The notes under the pieces were generated by a model. That model searched no databases. It was not told the DNA's origin and saw only the letters and a program-made list of their open reading frames with translations. DNA of 56,093 nucleotides, filler included, from Sphacelaria rigidula (lineage: Eukaryota), in assembly GCA_964200075.2 (NCBI GenBank). It is 7 parts of 7 records of this genome, joined end to end, with 100 filler letters (N's around TTAATTAATTAA, not from the genome) between each part and the next. Parts side by side here need not be neighbours in the genome. Positions count along the whole stretch, not along the records: positions 1 to 7,928 come from CAXNAA020012947.1; positions 8,029 to 15,956 come from CAXNAA020012948.1; 5 more parts are not named here. One strand, 5' to 3'. Positions within the stretch are counted from its first letter, which is position 1. Each line of letters begins with the position of its first letter. Below are positions 1 to 10,766 of this stretch, in pieces. The translations under genes and the position numbers were made by a program.

Positions 1-680
1 GAGCATAGCCACGGGAGAATTCGTGTCTAGTTTGCTGCATCGGTGTGTTTTTTTTTCGAGTTCGTTAGTTTCTCTCTCTCCTTGTCTCGGTAGCCGGTAG
101 GAAGTGAAAAGGGGTGTGGTTCATTCTTTCTCGCTCACTCCTTTTGGTTGGCGGCGTACTCTTTCGTGAGTTTTGTTTCACACCAAATGCCGCACCTTCT
201 TAGTTGCGTTGGGTGCAGGTGTATCCTTGTTTTTCTTGTCGGGAAGGTCTCTCGCCATGAGCAACTTTTGTGGCCGTACTGCTGCTGTTGTGCCAGTAGG
301 ACAGGAAATGATCAACCTGTGAACAGGATCAATCAAATTAAATGCGAAAAACAAAAAAAATCGGGTCAAGTTCTGCTACCCCGAAACCTTACGCGACGTA
401 TCATATCGAAACCCCTTGAAACATAGGTCCTCGTCCGTTTTCTGCTTCCGTTGGTCCCACGAAGGGCAGGGGTAGCACTGTACGAACGGACGGTCGCCAG
501 TAGTGTTGGAACCGGTACTACTGAGGTATTGAGAGCTTTCAATTGCACCTGTTTTGGCACTTTTCAGAGTAGTGCCGGGTTCTCTGAGTAGTGCCGGTGT
601 CCGTGGCGGGCACATACCGGCACTAGTGAGAGCCCCCCTCTGTATATATAACATGCATATAGTGATCGTCGAGTCTGCAT

Positions 681-776
681 AATCGAGCATGAATTCCACG
701 TTGCGAGCATAAATCGAGCATAATTTGTTTGAACATGCGAGAATGAATCGAGCATGAATTCCACTTTACGAGCATT
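681..776 (+). repeat. Short direct repeat (aatcgagcatgaattccac..cgagcat, period ~65 bp) with extra tcgagcat motifs
   Basis: Near-identical 30-mers at 681 and 746. Confidence 0.6.
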
Positions 777-3003
777 ATTTTTGGTGGTATTAGAGATTTT
801 CGGAAAACCCTTCTTTGCCATTTCAGAGTGCAAATATCTCAGGATCAGAGGGTAACGAAACAATAGTTCCCCCTCCGTCAAATGTGGTATCCCCTTGACT
901 TCTTTTCGATGATGAGTGGTTTTTTATTCATCTGCACTCTGCTCCTGAGATATTTACAATCTGAAATGAAAAAAAAAGCGTTTTGCGAAACTCTCCATCA
1001 CTAGCATAAAAATGACCTTCCTAGCATCACAAGTAGAATCATCCTTGTAAGATAGGAGTCAAGTGCCGCTTCGTGCCTTTTGACCGCATGTTTTCAATCT
1101 CAAACGATTGTTTTATACCTCGTTGTATTCTTCTCCGCGCGCCGCTAGTTTTTAATTTTGAGTTGAAGTCTTCAAGGAACGTGAATGCGGCGGGCCTATG
1201 AGATCGGCAAAAACAAATTCGACCGCATTTTTTCGATCGAAAACAAAAGTGCGGAGACACGCCCTCAGAGCTCCAAGGAGTCGATGGATCAAAGGTGCTT
1301 GACCCTAAAGAGGCAGCAGAGCTAGGAAAGGTGCAACGAAGGCCTTCTGCAGATGGCCTCATGCAATTCTGCGGTTCTATTCTGACCAACCGGACGAACC
1401 CTTCGTTTCTAACTGGCCAGGTAGGTTTTTCACTAAATCGCACTTCCTGAATCGAACCAGCCTGGGATTGATTCGGCTACGTACCTCTCTTTCATCGTCT
1501 AACTCTCCCAAATGCCAACTAACCTTCACCAGGTGAAGCTGGCGGAAGCGCGCGACTTCGTCGTGTCAGACGGCGGTTTACCCGGATGCGGTGATCAAAT
1601 AGGCGACACGCCGAGCGTGTTCGAAGCCATTTGCCAAGGATGCAAGCCTCACGTGCCAGCGAACTGGCCGGACACGCGCCAGCAACCTCCAACTGGTTTT
1701 GCTTGCGCGAACATTTGTAGGGATATCGTGGAGGCGCCACGTTACTTGCTCCGTAGACGACCACAGCCTGCGGACGAAAACGCCCGAGCAATCTGCGGCT
1801 TTGCGTGACCCAGCTATCTTCATGGTTCCTCACGGAAATAGTAGAACTCTGCAGGCCGCCGTGATTGATTTCTTTTCGGGAAATACTTGTCTTGACTTTT
1901 TTACCCCGGGACGGGAGTTTGTCCTTCATGCGGGATCATCCCATCGGACATGTGTTTTTGGAATTTCCTGCCTTTCTCGGCTATCAACGCCCCCGACCGC
2001 CTATTTATTTCGTCGAGTGCTGCTGCCGTCGACGCAGTCGTTGATGTTTCCCCCGACGCGCCCGAGACTCTCTCTTTAGGCGTAGAGCACTCCTTGATCT
2101 CGGTTGTGTAACTCATCTGGGTGGGCGCCCACAACGTCACGCAGTTCCGTTTGCAGTAGAAATGGCTCAAGTACGATTGCACTACTGGGGGAGGCACTAG
2201 CGCGTTTGCCTCGTTCGATGCCCACTGGCATTCCGGGACACACGTGTTGTACGTGTACGTCAAGACGGATCTATAAGTAGTGGCCAGGGGTAGATCGAGA
2301 GAACCTAGCGGGAACTTGCCGAGCGACGACTCCGGTCTCAGCTCCGCCTTCCTGCGCAGCCTTGCGCACGTGGAAGGATGTCACTCGGACTAGAACGACA
2401 ATGTCTGGAATTTGCGTGGTGCGATGCGCGAAATAATTGTCATCGCCAATCTATGGACCTTACTTTATTTCCGTTCCTTCTTCTGCTTGTATGCCGTTCT
2501 CGCTTTTCTTCATTGAGGGCGTCTGTCTCTTCTGTCCCTTTTTCATTCCATTCCACTGTGAGCAAGGATAGGAAAATTGGAAGTGTGATGCGAAGCAGAG
2601 CGATCTATCAACTTACAGTGCACTGGAGCAGAGCTTGCAGGTTAATATTTCGGTGACTGCCTGACCTGTATTTCGACCAGATTTTTCCCCTGCAATATAT
2701 GTGAAAAATGTACCCAACCGTGGACAAGACAAATCTACAGACAGTACGAACATGTGGAAAGTGTATTGCGCAACGTCGAGTGTGCTGTGTGTGTTGTTCC
2801 ATAAATTCTGGACGCCGGTCTCCACCTTTCGGTATATGTGGGCGCACCAAGCGGACTATTTTACCATACAGCTTCGCCCATGATGCAGGAAGCCACTACA
2901 GCGGCGGAAGCGGCCTTTCACTTCTTCCTGCGCCACCTGGGGCAAATGCCCGCTGTAGCTGCAACACGGACAGCTTCACAAAATGTGACGAAGCAATATA
3001 GCG

Positions 3004-3300
3004 CGCACGGGTGGCCACTGGGGTCTATAACCTGGCCTTTTTGGGACCTTTTCCATATTTGGTAAGGTCCGCGGATTAGGTGGACAACTGAAGAGCATTC
3101 GCACAGCATGGACAGGTTCGAAACAAGACATGTTCCATTCTATAGGGGAGTCACCCGCCTATAAACTGGGACATGTTTTGTTTCGATCCTGTCCATGCTG
3201 TGCGAATGCTCCTCAGTTGTCTATCCAATCCGCGGACCTTACCAAAGTTGGATAAGGTCCCAAAATGGCCAGGTTACAGACCCCAGTGGCCACCCGTGCG
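3004..3300. mobile_element. ~300-bp foldback/MITE-like element
   Basis: Arms cgcacgggtggccactggggtc... and ...gaccccagtggccacccgtgcg pair along nearly the whole length around a short loop at ~3147-3157. No clear TSD. Confidence 0.8.
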
Positions 3301-4654
3301 TGGCGAGGAGGTTTATATCCTACGTACGCCTTGGCTGCGATACAACGGCTGCACTCATGGTGTGGCGACTTGCACAGGACGACGCGAAATCAATGCAGGA
3401 CAGGGATAGACCAAGGATGCGACGTCCTGCGGTGTGCTTTGTCACCCTGAACCCTGCCGCTGTGCAGTGAGCAGGTATTACCGCCGCAGGCGTCACGCGT
3501 GCCACGCCGCGGTTGGTACAGAGTATCGGCTCCACACCCAAAGGGTAACCTCTGCATTGAAATTAATAAAACGCTCTGGATTAATTTTCACGGGCGGAGC
3601 GCGTTATTTTCGAGAAGCACGCGCGCTAGCGTTTCCGTGTTGCCGACACCGTGTCAGCGCGCTTGTGCGCTACAGCGTTGTACTCTCCTGTGGCAGCCCA
3701 TATCGGTATTGCTCCTCATATTTCATGACGCGTTATTCGAACGCACGCAGAAAAGATGCTGGCGAGTCCATCGTTGTTGCACTTGGAGGTGTGGTGTACC
3801 AGTGTTTCGATGTAGTACTGCCGCATGCTCCGTGCTGTACTAACTAGTATACCGTATCAATTCAAAAAATGATATGCATGAAATAAACGCCACCGACATG
3901 CTCTGGTTATCATGAACTGCACTGTGTACGAGGCGCGGGAACCGTAGTTTTCGGCAAGGGATGCAAGGACGCAACCATACTGCAGTACAGGTAGTTTTTT
4001 CATGCAACACGTGATTCGAACGAGACAAAAAACAAAGCATTTACATGATGATGATATCTGGGCGTTTTGGTACTGAAACGAGTCCACTGGTCCCTCCACT
4101 ACCTATCGTAAGGAGATAAATACCACGTCTGAATTCCAATTTCACAAAGTGAAGTTGATTTCTGCTGCGGGAAAAAATTCGACTAAGAGGTTTTCTGCGA
4201 CTCCGTTTTTGCGTCGTGATTTTTGCGATCGAATCCTTGCGATAGTTTTTTTGCTAGATTTTTCCATTCTAAAACCCTTATCGATTTCGGGTTTTTGGGG
4301 ATAACTTCGCCAAACTAACACCAAACGCATCCTGCTCCAAGGGTCACCTGGTCACACAGCAGTTACCGCTGTCTACATAGTATCATGCTCCAAATCGAAG
4401 TCTTGAGTGAGAACCCCCAGCGTTTGGTGCTCATGTACAAGGAAGGGTGATCTTCATCTATCTAGTATCATGCTCCAAGACGTTCCTGACAAGGGGATAA
4501 CACCCCCGTACAGACAGAAGGAATGCTAGCGCATCCTACGTCCTGAGAGTCTGTGACAGTCTGGCAGCTGGCAAGGTGGCTATGGTAGTGTCCTTCTAGC
4601 GATGTCAACTTACAGAGCACTGGAGCAGAGTTTGCAGGTGACCAGCGCAACAGT

Positions 4655-5834
4655 GGCCATCACTCGTAAGGTGCGTGGGTGTTGTCGCACGGTCGAAACG
4701 CGGACCGTCTACGATGAAGAGCAGCAGCAGCAGCTGTAGCATCGGCACCGGGTGATTCAGAACCACCCCCAACCGTACAAATTTATTGGCAATAAAAATG
4801 CTGCTGCTGCTGCTGTTACTGCTTCTTCTTCTCCTTCTTCTTCTCGTGCAGGAGGCGGTCCGCGTTTCGACGTGCGACAATACAGTACCCATGCACCTGG
4901 CGCGTTATTTCCTCCTCCCACTTGAACTCGATCATGATCTATTTGCGTGTTGTTATCCTTACATTGTATCAGTATACTTGAGCATTTCAGTACGAGTACA
5001 TATTATCACTTGATTTCTCCTGTATCGGACGCTAGCTTTATTCTTTCAACGCCATCACCAGCCACGCGTGCGAGACACACCCGATGTGCCCAGCTCGCAC
5101 AGAGAGACGCGCACAGCTGTATCTTCTAGCACTAGCCTGGTGAGGAAGCATTGACTTATGAGCGGGCAGTACGAACAAGCGCTTTCCGGCATGGTGGCTA
5201 TCACGCGCAAGGTGCGTGGGCGTTGTAGCACGATTGAAACGCGGACCGTCTCTCGCATGAGGAAAAACGGCAGCGGCAGCGGCAGCGGCAGCAGCAGCAG
5301 CAGCAGCAGCAGTATCGGCACCGGCTAATTCAGACCCACCCCCAGCCGTACACATTTACTGGCAATGAAGATACTGCTAGTGCTGCTGGTGCTGCTGGTG
5401 CTGCTGGTGCTGCTGCTTCTCGTGCGGGAGGCGGTCCGCGTTTCGACGTGCGACAGTACCTATGCACTTGGCCCGTTAGTGCCCGCTCCTATAGTAGTAT
5501 TTAAAGTAGATTACGATCTGTTTGCGTGTTGTTACCCCCGTACAGTAGTAGCACTTTCAGTACGAGTACATATCACTCGTTTTCCCCTGTATTGGACGCT
5601 GGCTTCATTCCCATCACCAGCAGCAGCCACGCGTGCGAGACACGTCCGACGTGCACATCTCGTACACAGAGATGCGCGCAGCTATATCTCCCAGCACTTA
5701 GCCTAGTGAGCAAGCATAGACCTATTGACGGGTAGTACGGACTAGCGCTTCCCAGCAAGGTGGCTATCATGTGCAAGGTGCGTGGTGGGCGTTGCAGCAC
5801 GATCGAAACGCGGACCGTCTCTCTCATGAGTAAG

Positions 5835-5865
<31 letters not shown>

Positions 5866-6030
5866 ATATCGGCACCGGTTGATTTAGACCCACCCCCCAG
5901 CCGCGTACATCTACTGGCAATAACAATGCTGCTGATACTGCTGCTGTTGTTGCTTCTTCTCGTGCGGAAGGCGGTCCGCGTTTCGACCTGCGACAATACC
6001 CATACCCCCTTGCGAGTGATTGCCGCCCTC
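4655..6030. repeat. Tandem array of ~540-570-bp units, each a long hairpin with complementary (CAG)n/(CTG)n stems
   Basis: Three hairpins (~4665-4902, 5206-5471, 5773-6023) with gaaacgcggaccgtc pairing to ggcggtccgcgtttcga. The linkers 4900-5200 and 5470-5770 are homologous. Confidence 0.9.
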
Positions 6031-6592
6031 CTTGAAGTCGCTAGTCTATTCGCGTGCTGTTTTATCGTTTCTGTATTACTTGGTTCCCACCCTAGCATAT
6101 TCGATTAAAACGGCGCGTGGTTTTTCGTGATAAATGTAGTTGTGAACCGTCACTTCACCATCACTATCACGAAATAAATGATCATCATTTTCCTTGTTTC
6201 GTTAAAACACGACCATATTAGACAGGAGTGAGGTTTTCGCGTTTTGTGGAAACCGGCGAGGGTTGGAGGCGCGTGTTTGCGATCATAGCACATTACTTTG
6301 AAGCAAGTACTCATCGCCACGGCCATCGATTGGGATGCGACTTTTTGCATCTTCTGCGCCAAGACGACAGCTACAATTGTACCGGATGAATTGCTTTTAC
6401 TTCATCAGGATGCGAGTTTTAGGCCGTTTCTTCCGGTTCGTTTTTTCTCCTCGTTTTTTGCAACAAATTATGAGGATAAAATACCGCTGGGAAAATACCA
6501 TGTATGAGAGATGTTGACCCTAGCTTACGGTTCCAGATATATTTTTTAGGGGGGTGGGGTACCTAAAGTACCGTCAACGGAATTCAAATGGA

Positions 6593-7012
6593 GAGCCTGG
6601 ATCCGTGTTTGAGGTTCAAAATTTTAATGAGTTTCAACTCCAAAACAGTGCTTTCCCTGACCTAAAGTCATGACCAATGAATTTCACATGGACGACCTCA
6701 TACCCCCCGACCTCCTTAAAACTATTCTTGGGGGTTGCCCGTCTTCCGTGCCCCCAAAGTGTACATGCGGAAGCACCAATTTCGGGCTGAAAACGCCCCC
6801 TTTTTCGCCCCGATATCGAGGTGAAAAGGTGCTCTCGCACAAACGCTTTGGGGGCACGGAAGACGGGCAAACCCCAAGAATAGTTTTAAGGAGGTCGGGG
6901 GGCATGAGGTCATCCATGTGAAATTCATTGGTCATGACTTTAGGTCAGGGAAAGCACTGTTTTGGAGTTGAAACTCATTAAAATGTTGAACCTCAAAAAC
7001 ATATTCAGGCTG
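6593..7012. mobile_element. MITE/foldback element, copy 1 (termini resemble CAGCCTGG)
   Basis: Near-perfect ~180-bp inverted arms; homologous to 19943-20347. Confidence 0.9.
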
Positions 7013-7928
7013 TTGATGGGTGCGTACGCCAAAGCGAGGTACAAACACCTGAAGACCTCGCCATGCCAAGCTCCCTGTGTTTGTGTAAGAAGACGTGAAA
7101 CATAGACCTCCCCCGATCGCTGCTGGCCCAGCTCCCTCTGTGTGCAAACTGACACCTTCCATCTATACTGTCGTATTCCGTGTGCGGCAGTACAGACAGT
7201 AGAGTTTAACGTACCAATTAAGGTACGCTTAAGGCACCTGACGGGAAAAACTCTGGTTCGTGGACACCACGACACGTAGAACAATGCCCAGAGTATCCGG
7301 AGAGAGGTAATTTAATATTTCATCACCTAAGCTTCTCAAAGTTGAAAAATAATCAAACTAAGTCGCAGGAGTAGATGTGGAGTATGGCTCTACTGACGTA
7401 AAAAATGGGGCAAAAACACCCCCTGTTTCAATTACGGTACACTTTACGCAGCAATTGATTTCTCGCGACCGTAGACGTCTCAGACCTTCTCCTTTGGGAC
7501 AAATGTTTATTAGATTAGTGTGGTCCGTTTTACAAAAAAAAAAAGAAAGACAATTTGAATCCGGGGATGAAAATTGCCTATCCCTTGTTTTTCGGAACAA
7601 ATTTCGCCATTAAGTCGGTGTTTGGCTACGCCGTACTCGACGAAAACTAATGTTTTCTTTTTGTTTCTTTTTCAACCCGTCGACATACGTGTTGATAGTA
7701 ATCTCCCAAAATTTCGTGCTCATCGGTTGTGATTAAGGTACTCTATCACGCACGTTGAGTGGTGCCCCCTAATCATTCATTTTTCGCCAGAAATCGATAG
7801 TGACTACGAAAATGGGACACCTGGGACCTTTCAGGCCTCCTCTTTTGGTACAATTGTGTATGACACTAGTGCAAACAGTGTTTCCGTGAGATTGAGAGTA
7901 GATGATACGATTGAGAGTGAAAAGCGGT

Positions 7929-8028
7929 NNNNNNNNNNNNNNNNNNNNNNNNNNNNNNNNNNNNNNNNNNNNTTAATTAATTAANNNNNNNNNNNNNNNN
8001 NNNNNNNNNNNNNNNNNNNNNNNNNNNN
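7929..8028. other. Artificial contig linker N44-TTAATTAATTAA-N44
   Basis: Identical 100-bp spacers at 7929, 15957, 23985, 32013, 40041 and 48068. Confidence 0.98.
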
Positions 8029-9731
8029 TTGTGGTGTATTGGTGCTCGCAAACTCTAGCAATATGCCTGTCTGCCGGCAGTACGTTCTGAAATCGTTGCC
8101 AATAAACTCACCCCCTTTGTCTGCCCTGAGTCGTTCGAGCCGAACGCCGCCGGTCTCACCCATGGTCATGACCAGTTGCAAGGTGCGTTGCACTTTGTTG
8201 TTGGCTGTCTTCGAATGGACTAGTTGATGGCTTTTCCCAACAGCACGAATATTTCAGTCTAGGACAGATCCACCGAAGTCCACCCCGTTACTTTTGACGG
8301 TTTTGAGAAGGTCCAAACTGTTTCTGTTCAAGTGCCCCATCCGCCGATGCCACAGCGTTGCGGCGCCCGCAGCTTGCATAGCCAGTCCAGGCGCGTCGTT
8401 GCCGCTGCTTACTCTAGAGAAAAGGAGTGTGACGTGGCTCGGTGGTATAGTGAGTTCCCAAACATCAACCAGACGTAATGAACCACGGCTATTATGGCCA
8501 GCACGCGGACTATTGGGGAAAGTGCCTCCTTGATTTCCCCAAATATGTTGTGAGCCCTGCGCCGGAACTCCAGACCCCCGGCCTCCTCGGTCCCGTTCGC
8601 CCCTTCGAAGGCACCGAACAGTCCACTGCCGTCAAATGAAGCAACGGGTTTGTTTATTGGAGAAACGGCCAAAGGTCGTCCGTTTCCCGGGGATCTTGCG
8701 TTCTGGGCGCTTTTAAGGCATTGAAAGAAATGGCCGGGATCTGCTCCCTTGCATCGGCGACTGGTGGGTAACCTGACCAATGCGCGAGATTTGCTGCCTG
8801 CTGGTTGTTCGCTGCCTGCTGGTTGCGCCGTTGCAAGAAACGGCACTCTTCGTCGCTGTGGGTTGTTGACATGTGGAAGGAGCACCACTTGCCTTCTGTC
8901 CCTTTGTTCTTGTCTCCCCCTGTCAGTGCTTTGGCCGCGTTTCGAGCAGGGCAATTTCTTTTAACGTGGCCTCGCTTCCCGCAGATGAAGCATGTTATGT
9001 GGTTTCTTCTATCACCACTACTTCCACTGGCCTGCATGCCAACCCCGCGGCCTGCGACCAAGTTGGTGGCATCTGGGCGAGAGAGATAGTCGGTATACAT
9101 GGTGCTGACCATGTATCGGAGATCCGCCAAATTAGATTCACGCCTCTCGCAGCTAGCAACACGAACCCTTTCGTACTCGGCAGGCAGGGCTCGGAGGACA
9201 ATGCCCTCGTACCGCTCGTCGGGTATACATTGTCCCATTTCATCTAGGCGATCACGGTAGCCGTCCATGACAAACAGGGAAGTCTTCCGGATCATCTCCG
9301 GACTGCATCGTTGTGTTGTGGAGTTTGTCGTGGAACTCTCTTCGTGCCTCTTTGCTGTTGCCGTCAAATTTGTTGTGCAGCGCTGCCCACGCTGCTTGTC
9401 CGTTCCCAACCCCATCCTGTGGGGTTTTCCCCATATGACGTCTGACGGTATTGTTTGCTGATGTTTCCGTGCTAAAAAACAGAATACTAAACAGATCATT
9501 GTTTGCACGGTCCCACGCCACTGAAGTTGTCGTATCACAGGGTGGTTGGCCATCATTAATTACGCTGGGCCTGGGTCTTTGCTGCCCCTGCAGGATTTCT
9601 GCGGCCGCACTGTGGTGAAGGGACAGGATCACCCGGAGTTGATCTTTGAATTCCCGGAAACTCGCTTTGTCTCTGCCATCAAACTTTGGACAGAGTTTCA
9701 GTACCCCTCGAATACCCTCACTGTCCGCCAT
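8029..9731 (-). pseudogene. Ty1/copia gag-pol, frameshifted and internally deleted, truncated at the contig end
   Basis: ATG at 9731. Copia-type Gag (WDRANNDLFSILFF, AWAALHNKF, VLRALPAEYE), zinc knuckle CFICGKRGHVKRNC, GAG-pre-integrase LWHRRMGHLN, and integrase core RLRADKGGEF..FASTNTPQ. Frameshifts near 9270 and 8660. Confidence 0.93.
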
Positions 9732-10431
9732 GTGAATCCTGTTCGTTGCTGTGCTCCAACGTCACGAGTAAAGATAAAGGGTGTTCAAGTATAGGCTCCC
9801 CACCACACAATCGGCTTGCTCATCGCCGCTTGAGCTGTCGGTAGCGCAAAAACAAATGTGTACTGATGAGCAGCAACCGGACAGGTCCCCCTCCGCTGCA
9901 GCATCCTCCACAGATGCCGCTTGACTTTGATTTCTCGACGCGTCTGGACAGGATATTGATGTACAGGATGTTACAGTAACCGCAGCGGCTGTGCACTTGA
10001 AAAGCAAAAGCTTACAGTTTCCCCCCCAAAAGGATCGGACCACTGACATTTTCCCGAGGTCAGCCGTGATGTCGGGCGCGCTGTTGTCGATTTCCCTTCC
10101 AAACATAGATCACACACCCTACTCGGTTTCGGTTGTGGTCTCCTGCTGTAGCGCCAGACGAGAACAGATGCGTGCCGTCGCTGTTACAGGGTTACTACCG
10201 TACCGTATTCTACGATTGTCCTGCTTTTTTAAAATCACGTATATTACCAGGTGCGCACAGAAAAGTGCCGTCCTCACTTTGTGGCACACTGTCGCAGTGC
10301 CAGTGCCAGACCCACACAGGTGTAGTGCCGTCTTTACTTTGACTCAACTCACGTTGTTTTCCAGCAAAGATCCTTCTTTTTTGCTGCTGTCTTCCTTCTC
10401 CCAAAGTTCGCTCCGTACACGCCAGCGACGA

Positions 10432-10444
10432 GGCTCATGAAACC
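10432..10444 (-). promoter_or_regulatory. Putative primer-binding site (GGTTTCATGAGCC), half-tRNA-iMet type
   Basis: Lies directly inside the LTR end and resembles the copia-type GGTTATGAGCC PBS with 2 extra bases. Confidence 0.55.
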
Positions 10445-10766
10445 TGTTAGAAAAGTGTCGCTATGACCCCTTTGACGTGATCGCTAGAGTTGGCGCAATG
10501 GCACTTAAGCCAAGCAAGCAGACAACCTGCTTTGGAGTGTAGACAGAAGATGATGTTCAAGGTGCCTCTTGCGGGCAAGACAGTCCAAACAACCCACCGT
10601 GTTGAACGGTCAACCGAGGAGAGCAGGAGCAACCCGACTATCAGCTGCGCTCCATATCAGACCAACTATCGTAAGCAGTACCGGCGATCGACACAATGCC
10701 TCCATACAAATACAATACCATGCGAAGCGTTGACAAGAGTAAACCCCACAGTCTTATTTTCTAACA
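10445..10766 (-). mobile_element. 5' LTR (322 bp) of the copia element
   Basis: Perfect 10-bp terminal inverted repeat tgttagaaaa...ttttctaaca. PBS on the inner side; Academ sequence resumes on the outer side. Confidence 0.88.

Noticed and set aside
4655-6030. CRISPR-like array
   Set aside because: Units are ~550 bp with homologous rather than unique spacers, the context is eukaryotic, and no cas genes are present.
4605-6108. Poly-Leu/poly-Ala ORFs resembling signal peptides
   Set aside because: They are translations of the CAG/CTG microsatellites in the hairpin array.
6634-6935. Duplicated small ORFs MTNEFHMDDL..
   Set aside because: They arise on both strands from the palindromic MITE.
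7973-7984. Regularly spaced TTAATTAATTAA as a biological repeat or array
   Set aside because: Always embedded in N44 pads; it is an all-frame-stop assembly linker.
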